A stretch of DNA of 21,091 bases, from positions 1 to 21,091 of the forward strand of contig JAWBSP010000018.1 of NCBI GenBank assembly GCA_038842485.1. The letters run 5' to 3'. Below the pieces are notes generated by a model. That model did no database searches. It saw only the letters and a program-made list of their open reading frames with translations, and was not told the origin of the DNA. Origin of the DNA: Candidatus Hadarchaeales archaeon. Its GTDB lineage: Archaea > Hadarchaeota > Hadarchaeia > Hadarchaeales > JAWBSP01. Below are positions 1-7,905 of this stretch, one piece after another; the stretch's first letter is position 1; the number at the start of each line of letters is the position of its first letter. Made by a program: the position numbers and the translations under genes.

Positions 1-264
1 CCTTGGCTGGTCTCCCGTGATACGTATTACTGGAGAGGACCCGTTTGGGCCCCAATAACACTCCTGATAGCCGAAGGCCTGATCCAGTACGGGAGGAAGA
101 GGCTGGCGAATGAACTCGTCGAGAAATGGATCAAGCTTGTCGAGAAATCCGGTTTCGCCGAATATTTCTATCCCGACGGGAGACCGGGAAGAGCCCACCT
201 TGGGGAAGATTTTGGCTGGACGGCCGCAGTCACGATTTATCTTTTGAAAGCGCCCGAACATTAA
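1..264 (+). CDS. 5'-truncated glycoside hydrolase, GH63/MGH1-like (alpha/alpha)6 (glucosidase/trehalase-like), C-terminal part
   Basis: Frame 1 is open from base 1 to TAA 262-264 and reads PWLVSRDTYYWRGPVWAPITLLIAEGL...GFAEYFYPDG...DFGWTAAV. YWRGPVW, F-x-EYF and FGWTAA are typical C-terminal motifs of this family. It is absent from the ORF track because it has no start in the window. Confidence 0.8.
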   Translation, partial: PWLVSRDTYYWRGPVWAPITLLIAEGLIQYGRKRLANELVEKWIKLVEKSGFAEYFYPDGRPGRAHLGEDFGWTAAVTIYLLKAPEH

Positions 265-268
265 CGTT

Positions 269-559
269 GTTTCAACCACTGTAGCGAGAACCAAATGAAA
301 CGGTGAAATGGATATGTTTCATGTTGCAAGGAGCTACTCGCGGGTTTGGAGGAAGCATTTTTGGTTTTGGCTCGAATAGGATCTCTGTTTGCTCTCTTAT
401 CCTAAAGCTTTACTAGCGGTGCTTGTACCCGCTGTGGTAACCGTTTTATCGAAAATCGTGTTTCAGTGAATTTTCAAATGAAACGATATGTTTCAAAAAA
501 ATGTTGCAAAATCGTTTCAAACGTGTTTCAGAAATGTTTCAAATTAAAACGTTGTTTCA
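269..559. repeat. AT-rich cluster of GTTTCA/GTTGCA hexamers, partly at 11-bp periodicity
   Basis: GTTTCA at 269, 316, 460, 490, 514, 525, 536, 554; GTTGCA at 323, 503; inverted TGAAAC at 296 and 479 (TGAAAC-GATAT-GTTTCA at 479-495). Confidence 0.75.
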
Positions 560-673
560 AAATTGTCGTAAGCCACACGGAACATGCCCTTGTTTGGGTA
601 TTCCCCCATGAGGTTGGGCGAGGAATTTTTCAACAACTCGAGGCTCGATTTCGAGTCAGTACTTTTTAGCCGA

Positions 674-2008
674 TTACTGGCCAGGTTGCAGGCTAAAATA
701 CGAGATTTTTCTTCCGATTCTTTTCTTCGAAAGCAGTCCGGCCGAGCAGAGGGCTGAGAGGTATTTTCTAGCTGTTCTTTCGTTTACTCCGAGTTCACGG
801 GCAACCTCCACACTGGTAAGTTCCTTTTCTCTCGCCATCTCCAATACTCTGCGTTCCATTTCCTTCAAAACCCCCCTGAAAAGGACGAGCTTGAAGAAAC
901 CCTTTTCCTCTACGAACTCGGGCTCTCGCAATCCATGGCTCAGGCAGATCTCGATCATCTTATTCGTCCCCCTTCCCCACCTCTCGATAAAGCCTGAGAG
1001 GAAGAGAAAGTTAGCAATCTTCTGGTTCCTCAGGATGGAGGGATGGTCTCTTTTCAAATCCTCAGGTGTCAACGGTTCGGGTAGCTCACCGGGGTTTGTC
1101 ACCTCCACCCTGTCCTCAAAAACCTTGACATATACGGGCGAGGGAATGGAGTAGTCCCGGTGGGCGAGGGCATTCACAATAGCTTCCCTGAGCGCTTCCA
1201 GCGGGATTTCATATGTCTCCACCCTTCTGCCCTCTCTATCGATCTTGAAGCTCAGGGTCAAGTTCTCCCTAAGAAAGTCCAAGGTTCCGGAGATCTGTGC
1301 TCTGAGGTCCCCCCCGACTTCCGTTTCCCTCCTTAGGGCGCCACCGGTGAAAACTCCGCACTTGACCATCGCGTAGGGCAGCTGGAGCTGGGGGCTTTTC
1401 GAAAAGCAAAGAAGGGCGCAGGTGGTGGGCTTTCCGTCTCTCAACCCCCCAAATTTTCTGAGGAATTCCTCCTTGTTTCCGAACCTCAGATCAACCCTCC
1501 TGACGAGAGATGCCTCGCGGACAAACTCGACTATCAGACTCTCATCGATGACGTCGAGGGAGGTCTGGACCGGTCTGTCCTCGAATGAGATGATTTCCTT
1601 GTATTTTTTCAGGATCATCTTCTCAAGCTCGTCTCTTGGTATCCTCTGGTTGCTCTTTCCAACCCTTTTGAATGCCACCCCCTTCAGAAAATATGGTTTG
1701 TCTATCCCCTCGCTCACCTGAAGGATTACCAACTTTTTACCTCCAATGTTGATTTGCTCGACTTGCGGCAGGATCGCTGGTTCCATGGAGGATTTGACCT
1801 TGTTCAAAAAGTTCTGGAGGGTGTTCTTTCCGAGCGCAACCCCCTTCACTTTTCCCCTGTCGTCCACCCCAACCACAATTTTGCCGCCAGCTGAGTTTGA
1901 AAAGGCGCAAACGGTTTCCAATATTTCTTTTTCTTCGGCAAAGCTTTCCTTGAATTCTAGAGTGGTATTCTCCCCCTTCTTTAGGAGTTTGAGGATTTCC
2001 GCCACCAT
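674..2008 (-). CDS. AlbA_2 (Schlafen-like) domain + HATPase_c_4 (RecG C-terminal-like) + C-terminal winged HTH protein
   Basis: N-terminal GENTTLEFKES...AFSNSAGGKIVVGVDD; central ALREAIVNALAHRDY...VEVTNPG...RNQKIA...IERWGRG; C-terminal LTSVEVARELGVNERTARKYLSAL HTH. Confidence 0.88.
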   Translation of the reverse strand: MVAEILKLLKKGENTTLEFKESFAEEKEILETVCAFSNSAGGKIVVGVDDRGKVKGVALGKNTLQNFLNKVKSSMEPAILPQVEQINIGGKKLVILQVSEGIDKPYFLKGVAFKRVGKSNQRIPRDELEKMILKKYKEIISFEDRPVQTSLDVIDESLIVEFVREASLVRRVDLRFGNKEEFLRKFGGLRDGKPTTCALLCFSKSPQLQLPYAMVKCGVFTGGALRRETEVGGDLRAQISGTLDFLRENLTLSFKIDREGRRVETYEIPLEALREAIVNALAHRDYSIPSPVYVKVFEDRVEVTNPGELPEPLTPEDLKRDHPSILRNQKIANFLFLSGFIERWGRGTNKMIEICLSHGLREPEFVEEKGFFKLVLFRGVLKEMERRVLEMAREKELTSVEVARELGVNERTARKYLSALCSAGLLSKKRIGRKISYFSLQPGQ

Positions 2009-2032
2009 CAGAATCTTTCTTGATGGTTAAAT

Positions 2033-2064
2033 AAATCCGGAATATTCCGGAATATTCCGGATTT
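2033..2064. repeat. Perfect 32-bp palindrome made of tandem 10-mers, possible operator
   Basis: AAATCCGGAATATTCCGGAATATTCCGGATTT is its own reverse complement and lies about 25 bp upstream of the 2008 start codon. Confidence 0.8.
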
Positions 2065-2158
2065 TACTAATGATTATTAACCGAAAAACGAATTTAAGTT
2101 CGTCGAGGGGGTCAGGATTAGGGGGTTCGTCAGGCAGGAAGAATTTGGGCGAAAGCGA

Positions 2159-2386
2159 ATGCTGCATCGGGAGAGCGCCTCCTCACGCCGCGAAGACTCG
2201 CCTTCAGGGAACTTCCGCACAGAGATCATCTCCACCCACATCAGGCTCTACGAGACGGGTCTGAGAACGTTCGAGGAGTGTTACGGGCAAGAATACGTTA
2301 CAAACATCACCTTTAGCGAGCCCTTCACGGGACAGAAAGGATGGTTTTCACCTGCAGGGATAGATACATCCTTATACCCGGTATAA
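2159..2386 (+). pseudogene. Short ORF or 3' fragment of an unknown gene
   Basis: Codons from about 2200 on have host-like GC3/AGG usage (CGC ACA GAG ATC ATC TCC ACC CAC ATC AGG CTC TAC GAG...). No motif recognised and the start is poor. Confidence 0.3.
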
Positions 2387-2407
2387 GCAACTTATAGCCC
2401 TATAAGT
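2371..2407. repeat. Two adjacent related palindromes
   Basis: CTTATAC-CCG-GTATAAG (2371-2387) and ACTTATAG-CC-CTATAAGT (2390-2407). Confidence 0.7.
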
Positions 2408-2409
2408 AG

Positions 2410-2780
2410 GATTGGAGAAAACTGTTCGAAAGACTTGGGATACAAAACCCGTCTGAAATTGCCTTACGCTTCCCAGTTGTCCGTCGGGTCATCGATAGCA
2501 ATGATCGAACCGTCGCTCGCTTCCCAGCTTATCGGCTTACATGAAAAAGGACCTTCTTCACCTGTCCGTTAAGGTGGTGGCACGTTTTCACCGAAATGGA
2601 AAAAGTCGAGGGATGGATGCTCGTTCGTGTTGGGTGTGACAGACCGGACTGTCCCCTCATGACATTCGGCTTTTTGGGCAAGCGAAAGGAGCAGGAAAAG
2701 GAGGAGTAAAGCTTCCGAGTTTTCATCCATCTTTGCTCAAATTTCTGACTCTGGCTTGAAGTAGCGGCAGCTGTTTGCGA
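2410..2780 (-). pseudogene. Probable heavily decayed IS200/IS605-family tnpB remnant
   Basis: Minus-strand fragments in shifting frames, in TnpB order: G*KLGSFT, VTPNTNEHPSLD (like RuvC-I 'aiDtNe.sld'), QVKKVLFHVSR, SIIAIDDPT (like RuvC-II 'iaiEDLt'), FRRVLYPKSFEQF. Recognised by eye only. Confidence 0.45.
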
Positions 2781-2784
2781 GAGA

Positions 2785-2812
2785 TGACAAAAAATTTATC
2801 AATTTTTGGTCA
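2785..2812. terminator. 28-bp inverted repeat with T tracts just downstream of udg; terminator or IS-end hairpin
   Basis: TGACAAAAAATT-TATC-AATTTTTGGTCA (12-bp arms, 1 mismatch), 10 nt past the udg stop. Confidence 0.4.
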
Positions 2813-2822
2813 ACGGAAGGCA

Positions 2823-3407
2823 TTAGAAATGCCAGCTACTTTTCACCGCCACCACAATCGACTTAAGCTGGTCGAAGTCTTTGAGAAGGAGTTCCTTCGT
2901 TGAGCCGCTGTAAAGCCCAGCTGCGGGGTGAAAAGTGAGGAAGAGCTTAAATTTCAGACCGGCGAAGGTACAATCCAGCAGCCTCCCGTGTTCAGCAGTC
3001 ATGCTCACCGGCCTGCCGAGGAGCTCCCCGGCGGAGATCCTCCCCAGTGCTATCACGAGCTTCGGTTTCAGGATGGTGAGCTGGCCCACCAAGAATGGTT
3101 TGCAGGCCTCTATCTCCTCGGGAAGGGGATCCCGGTTCCCCGGAGGTCTGCATTTTACAGTGTTGCAAATGTAAACTTCCTCCCGCCTCAGCCCGGCTCT
3201 CTCGAGCAGGGTGTTGAGGAACTTCCCGGCGGCCCCGACGAAGGGTCTCCCCTGCTGATCCTCCCAGTACCCGGGAGCCTCGCCCACGAACACGATCTTG
3301 CTTGGATTTCCGTCGGCGAAAACGAGCTTGGTCCGGCCTTTGTGGAGGGCGCACCTCTTGCAATTCTTCGCCTCGCGCTCAAGTTCCTCGAGTGTCTTCG
3401 GGTTCAT
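2823..3407 (-). CDS. udg: Uracil-DNA glycosylase, family 4 (Fe-S)
   Basis: CKRCAL, VGEAPG, GRPFVGAAG, CNTVKCRPPGNRDP, C and TFHPAA motifs. ATG 3407 (MNPKTLEEL) preferred over 3434. Confidence 0.93.
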   Translation of the reverse strand: MNPKTLEELEREAKNCKRCALHKGRTKLVFADGNPSKIVFVGEAPGYWEDQQGRPFVGAAGKFLNTLLERAGLRREEVYICNTVKCRPPGNRDPLPEEIEACKPFLVGQLTILKPKLVIALGRISAGELLGRPVSMTAEHGRLLDCTFAGLKFKLFLTFHPAAGLYSGSTKELLLKDFDQLKSIVVAVKSSWHF

Positions 3408-3480
3408 GAATCCCCAGAGGGGGGCCTGCATCAAATATTCTCATCATGAGAACCCAACTTGTTTGCTAGACTAAGGTTGA

Positions 3481-3727
3481 TGTAACACGTGTTACAACTC
3501 GTTGGCCCAGATTTGTCTCAGCAGCCCGCTGACATTTCTGGAGATGTAACACGTGTTACACTTTTGCTTTGGTATATCTTCACTGTAATCCGTTTTTGGC
3601 ATGTAACACGTGTTACACTCTGCGCTAAAAGTGTCAACCGAGGTTGAAACACGTGTTTCATTTTTTGCTAAGAATCGCCATTCACGCTTGGCGGTTTGAA
3701 AAGCCTAGGCTTGTAACACGTGTTACA
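3481..3727. repeat. Array A: five interspaced 16-bp perfect palindromes TGTAACACGTGTTACA
   Basis: Copies at 3481-3496, 3545-3560, 3602-3617, 3645-3660 (variant TGAAACACGTGTTTCA) and 3712-3727; spacers of 48, 41, 27 and 51 nt. Confidence 0.95.
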
Positions 3728-3794
3728 TCTTGGTTCGACCATGGCCCTCTCTTTTTGTAAAACACGGGGAAAGAATTTACTGACTAGAAACGCT

Positions 3795-4532
3795 TTAGAG
3801 AAGCATTCTGATTCCCACACCCACGCCGACAATCCCCAGCATTTTTTGGAGTTTCCTAGCAGGGGCACGCAGGGAAATCCAAGCACCAATGGGTCCTCCG
3901 GCGGCGCATCCGAGGGCTAGCGGGAGGGCATGAGATGGGGAGAAGTTTCCAAGTGAGAAGTGGGAGAGGAAAGCAGCCGTCATGGTCAAAGACATCCCGA
4001 ACATGGAAGTTCCCGCTGAAATTTTAATGGACATACCGAGAACCAGAAGCATTACGAGCTCGTCCACAATTCCTCCCCCAATCCCAAACATCCCTGAAAC
4101 GAGCCCGCTCGCAAAGCTCCCAGCCAGGACTGTTGCCACGAGCTTGGGCCCGGGTGGCATAGGGCCCAGCGTTCCCTCCCCTTTTCTTGTGAGCAGTCTG
4201 AGGGAGGAGAGCAGGAGCAGCGCGCTGAAGGCCAAGGAGAGCGGGCGGGAAGATATTAGGGTGGTGAGGTATGTCCCGGCAATCGCCCCGGGGATGTCGA
4301 GGGTGTCGAGAAGCAGACCTACTCTGTAGTCGATGCACTTCTGGAGGGCGTAGGCAATCGTGGCTGAACAGCTCAGCACGGTGATGGCGAACAGGCTGGT
4401 TCCGATGGCGGCGTGGATGGGGAGCCCTGACCAGAGGAGGAGGGGGACCATCAGCATCCCGCCCCCGAGCCCCAGGGAGGAGAAAAGGGCCGAGATGAGC
4501 AGACCGGCAGGGAAGAGGAGGAGCTCCCTCAA
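3795..4532 (-). CDS. Sulfite exporter TauE/SafE (DUF81) family membrane protein
   Basis: Two SSLGLGGG / SGMFGIGGG repeats, AIGTSL and SAGTSM motifs, highly hydrophobic. TTG start overlaps the upstream stop. Confidence 0.88.
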   Translation of the reverse strand: MRELLLFPAGLLISALFSSLGLGGGMLMVPLLLWSGLPIHAAIGTSLFAITVLSCSATIAYALQKCIDYRVGLLLDTLDIPGAIAGTYLTTLISSRPLSLAFSALLLLSSLRLLTRKGEGTLGPMPPGPKLVATVLAGSFASGLVSGMFGIGGGIVDELVMLLVLGMSIKISAGTSMFGMSLTMTAAFLSHFSLGNFSPSHALPLALGCAAGGPIGAWISLRAPARKLQKMLGIVGVGVGIRMLL

Positions 4533-5956
4533 TTCACCTCACGGAGGAACTGGTAAAGGGAGTTGTCGTCCGGGATTCCGTCTAGGTCGGTGTCGACCTC
4601 CCTCCAAGAGTAGAAGAAAAGGCCTGCGAGCTCGGGAAACTTCCTGAGGATTTCCCACTGCCCGCGCGCGAACCTGAGGTCTCCGGCCCCCCATTCCGTG
4701 ACGATCACGGGCTTCCCCTTCAGCTTCCCGTACTGCAGGTATGAATTAAGCAGATAGGGGTAACCGAACGTGCTGGTTTTGAGGGGCTCGATCAACCAGC
4801 CTTCGGTCCACAGGTACATTCTCATCCCAGTCCCCAGCAGGGCCGCATAAAATGGGTTCGTTCTCGTGTCCCTCCACCACATCTCCACCAGCCCCGTCCA
4901 GCTGGCGGCTTGGAGTGGCGGGTAGGCGTTGAAGCCGAGGAGATCCGTGAATTCCATGGGGCCAAATCCCCGATGCCGTAGCAGCAGGAGGTCGGGGGAG
5001 TGCAGAATCATATGCCCGGCGTGAAAGGTTGGTCTATGACTTCTCCCCTTGAAGACCGAGTTCACCTCCTTCAGATGCTCCCTCGGTGAGGAGAGTTCGG
5101 GAAGGTAGTCCTCGTTTCCTATCCCCCAGTAAATGTTTTCCAGATCCCCCAGCTCCCGTATCATCCGTTCCGCGTCCTCAGGGGTCTTCCTCACCGCCCA
5201 GCCCTCTCCCGTCCCCACCAGCACGTGGAGGCCGGAATCATGCAGAGCCCTGATGAAAGCCGGGTCCGCCGCAGCCTCCCAGGATATTCTCACCGAGTTG
5301 AAACCAGCTTCCCTCAGACTTGAGATGACCGCGGACCAGGAGTTCTCCCGAAGGTGAGGGAGAACCATCCCCTTCAGGGTCACGTATTCCCGACTTCCTC
5401 CACTATTGCTGAGCGAGAGCTGGAGGAGAACGGGAACCAGCAGGCAACCAGCAAGCAGCCCAGCAAGAGGTTTGATCCAGCCGACGGTGAGTCTAAGGGA
5501 TTTCCAGTTGGGTCGAGCTGCTCGGATCACCTGCGTGTTCGCCCAGAGGTCCCCGAGTCTCCGCCCTCTTTTCTTCATGAAGTAGAGCCCAACGAGATAG
5601 AGCCCAGCCGGAAATGCATCCACGATTCTAAGAACGTTTCGAACGAGCGACTTTCTGATTCCAATGGGTTCACCTTTTCTGTCCACCACGCGCAGACCGA
5701 GGAGCCACTTCCCCGGAGTTCGCCCCCCGCAGAGCCCCTCAAGCAGCAGCGTGTATGTGAGGTAGGTGCAGGGAAGCGTGAAAAGCAAAAGGGGTGGAAA
5801 AATCGGGTTGACCCAAAACTCCTCGGTCAGTCTCACCCTGAGTTCAGCGTACCACACGGGGTAGAAGGCTATCAGGAAAATGAAGAGGCGGTCGAGCAGG
5901 AGGGCCAGCACTCTTCTATGCACTAATCTCATCTCAACTCGGAACCCTTCCCCCAA
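4529..5956 (-). CDS. RDD-family membrane domain fused to a clan GH-A-like TIM-barrel glycoside hydrolase domain
   Basis: N-terminal RRVLALLLD...GRTPGKWLLGLRVV...RNVLRIVD...RRLGDLWANTQV (RDD), then a TM helix, then GFNSVRI, WGIGNE (acid/base), GFNAY, PVIVTEWG (nucleophile) and GLFFYSW. The start may be ATG 5929. Confidence 0.72.
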   Translation of the reverse strand: MGEGFRVEMRLVHRRVLALLLDRLFIFLIAFYPVWYAELRVRLTEEFWVNPIFPPLLLFTLPCTYLTYTLLLEGLCGGRTPGKWLLGLRVVDRKGEPIGIRKSLVRNVLRIVDAFPAGLYLVGLYFMKKRGRRLGDLWANTQVIRAARPNWKSLRLTVGWIKPLAGLLAGCLLVPVLLQLSLSNSGGSREYVTLKGMVLPHLRENSWSAVISSLREAGFNSVRISWEAAADPAFIRALHDSGLHVLVGTGEGWAVRKTPEDAERMIRELGDLENIYWGIGNEDYLPELSSPREHLKEVNSVFKGRSHRPTFHAGHMILHSPDLLLLRHRGFGPMEFTDLLGFNAYPPLQAASWTGLVEMWWRDTRTNPFYAALLGTGMRMYLWTEGWLIEPLKTSTFGYPYLLNSYLQYGKLKGKPVIVTEWGAGDLRFARGQWEILRKFPELAGLFFYSWREVDTDLDGIPDDNSLYQFLREVN

Positions 5957-6013
5957 ATGCCTGCGAGTTCTGACCTGAGAGTAGCAAATAAATAATGTGG
6001 GTAGGAGGAGAAC

Positions 6014-6817
6014 ATGTCAGAGGTCGGGAAGCGGATAAGGCTGGAAAGGATAATTGACCGGAGGACGCACAGGACGGTTATCGTTCCAATGGACCACGGC
6101 CTGAGCATGGGGCCCATTCAGGGTCTCGAAAGCATGGTTCAGATCGTCAATCAGGTGGCGGAGGGAGGGGCGAATGCCGTGGTCCTGCACAAGGGGATAG
6201 TGAAGGCTGGTCACAGGGGCTTCGGCAGGGACATCGGGCTTATCATCCACCTCTCGGGAAGCACCAGTCTCTCTCCAGATCCGAACGCGAAGGTGCAGGT
6301 CGCCTCTGTTGAGGAGGCCATCAGGCTCGGGGCGGACGGGGTATCCGTGCACATCAACGTGGGGGCGCCGAACGAGCAGGAGCAGTTGAGAATGCTCGGC
6401 GAGGTGGCGGAGGCCTGCTCCCACTGGGGGATGCCGCTCTTTGCCATGATGTATCCCAGGGGGCCCAAGGTAGAGAAGGGCAAGGAGCACGACCCCGAGC
6501 TCGTGGCCCTGGCGGCGAGGGTGGGAGCCGAGCTTGGGGCGGACATCATCAAGACGGTTTACACGGGTGATCCGGATTCGTTCGCCAAGGTGGTGAGGGG
6601 ATGCCCCGCACCGGTGGTGATTGCGGGCGGGCCGAAGATGCAGACGGACAGGGATGTGCTGGAGATGGCGGCGGGTGCCCTCCGGGCGGGGGCCATAGGC
6701 ATTTCCATCGGCAGGAACATTTTCCAGCACCGGAACCCAACTGCCATGACCAGGGCTCTTGCAAAGATAGTTCACGAGGATGCTTCCGTTGAGCAGGCCC
6801 TCAAAGAGCTGACTTGA
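6014..6817 (+). CDS. aroA': 2-amino-3,7-dideoxy-D-threo-hept-6-ulosonate (ADH) synthase, class I aldolase
   Basis: [24 protein letters not shown] (Schiff-base Lys), AGGPK and GRNIFQH motifs. SD GGAGGAG upstream; adjacent to DHQ synthase II. Confidence 0.93.
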   Translation: MSEVGKRIRLERIIDRRTHRTVIVPMDHGLSMGPIQGLESMVQIVNQVAEGGANAVVLHKGIVKAGHRGFGRDIGLIIHLSGSTSLSPDPNAKVQVASVEEAIRLGADGVSVHINVGAPNEQEQLRMLGEVAEACSHWGMPLFAMMYPRGPKVEKGKEHDPELVALAARVGAELGADIIKTVYTGDPDSFAKVVRGCPAPVVIAGGPKMQTDRDVLEMAAGALRAGAIGISIGRNIFQHRNPTAMTRALAKIVHEDASVEQALKELT

Positions 6818-7905
6818 GGAAGCTATTTTGGGTTAGAGCTGATTGGAGTTCCTCTTGGGAGGAGATCAAGCCCTTCATCTCGGCCGCCGCTGACGCCGGG
6901 TGCGATGTGGTGGTCTGCAGGCCGGACCACATCCCGAGAGTTATGGAGGTTGGAACGGTGTCCTTGGCCACGTGCGAACCCTCGCAGGCGGGCTGGCTCC
7001 TGCTGCAGGCTGGGACGGTCCAGGAGGTGGTGGAGGCGGCCAAAAGGGCAAGGGGAGAGAAGGTGGCTCTGAGGATTGGGATCACCAGCAAGGAGATGGA
7101 GCGGGCGGCGGTTGAGTGGGGTGACAAGTTCTCCTGCTTGGTGGTCTGCACCACCGACTGGAAGGTGATCCCCCTCGAGAACCTGATAGCCAATCTCCAC
7201 GGTAAAGTACCGCTGCTGGCAGAGGTCAGGAGTGCCGAGGAGGTGAGGCTGGTTCTCGAGACGCTCGAGCTTGGGGTGGATGGGGTGATGCTGGATCCGA
7301 GGGAGCGCGGACCGGCGGAGATAGGAAGGGTGGCGGCGGAGCTCGAGAGATCCCCTGAGAGGGTGGAGCTTAGGCCGGCCAGGGTCACCTTGCTCAGGCA
7401 GGTCGGGCTGGGGGAGAGGGCGTGTCTGGACACCGTGGTTTCCATGTCTGTTGGGGAGGGGATGCTGGTGGGGAGTCAGGCGGAGGGTCTTTTCCTCGTT
7501 CACTCCGAAACCCTTCCCAGCCCCTTCGTGGAGCCGAGACCCTTCAGGGTGAATGCCGGTGCGATTCACTCTTACATCAGGGTGCCGGGTGGCAAGACGA
7601 GGTATCTCTCGGAGCTCTCCTCCGGGGATGAGGTTCTCATAGTGAACGTCAGAGGGGAAACCAGAGTGGCGACCATCGGGAGAGTCAAGCTCGAGCGAAG
7701 GCCACTCCTGCTGGTGGAGGCGGAGTGCGAGGGGGGGAGGTACAGGGTGATTCTCCAGAATGCTGAGACCATAAATCTCGTTGGCGCGGATGGCAAGCCC
7801 GTCTCGGTGGCCAAGCTCAAGCCCGGTGATGAGGTCCTCCTGTGTGTGGAGAAGGGAGGAAGGCATTTCGGAGTGAAGGTGGAGGAGACCGTGGTGGAGA
7901 AATGA
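6814..7905 (+). CDS. aroB': 3-dehydroquinate synthase II
   Basis: [59 protein letters not shown] and GRHFG motifs. TTGA start/stop overlap. Confidence 0.95.
   Translation: MRKLFWVRADWSSSWEEIKPFISAAADAGCDVVVCRPDHIPRVMEVGTVSLATCEPSQAGWLLLQAGTVQEVVEAAKRARGEKVALRIGITSKEMERAAVEWGDKFSCLVVCTTDWKVIPLENLIANLHGKVPLLAEVRSAEEVRLVLETLELGVDGVMLDPRERGPAEIGRVAAELERSPERVELRPARVTLLRQVGLGERACLDTVVSMSVGEGMLVGSQAEGLFLVHSETLPSPFVEPRPFRVNAGAIHSYIRVPGGKTRYLSELSSGDEVLIVNVRGETRVATIGRVKLERRPLLLVEAECEGGRYRVILQNAETINLVGADGKPVSVAKLKPGDEVLLCVEKGGRHFGVKVEETVVEK

Noticed and set aside
269-301. GTTTCAA...AATGAAAC segment resembling a single CRISPR repeat (also 460-484)
   Set aside because: The internal sequence is not repeated and lengths differ (33 versus 25 nt). 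Better explained by the hexamer cluster.
466-669. 67-aa ORF
   Set aside because: Its CF-K-rich translation simply reflects the TGTTTCA repeats; codon usage is unlike host genes.
2280-2345. Minus-strand CPVKG...YSCP as the TnpB zinc finger
   Set aside because: The cysteine pattern is incomplete and the plus strand shows better coding bias here. Probably coincidental.
3481-3727. Integron attC sites (AAC...GTT cores)
   Set aside because: The sites are too short, lack L boxes and extrahelical bases, have no ORFs between them, and no integron integrase is present.
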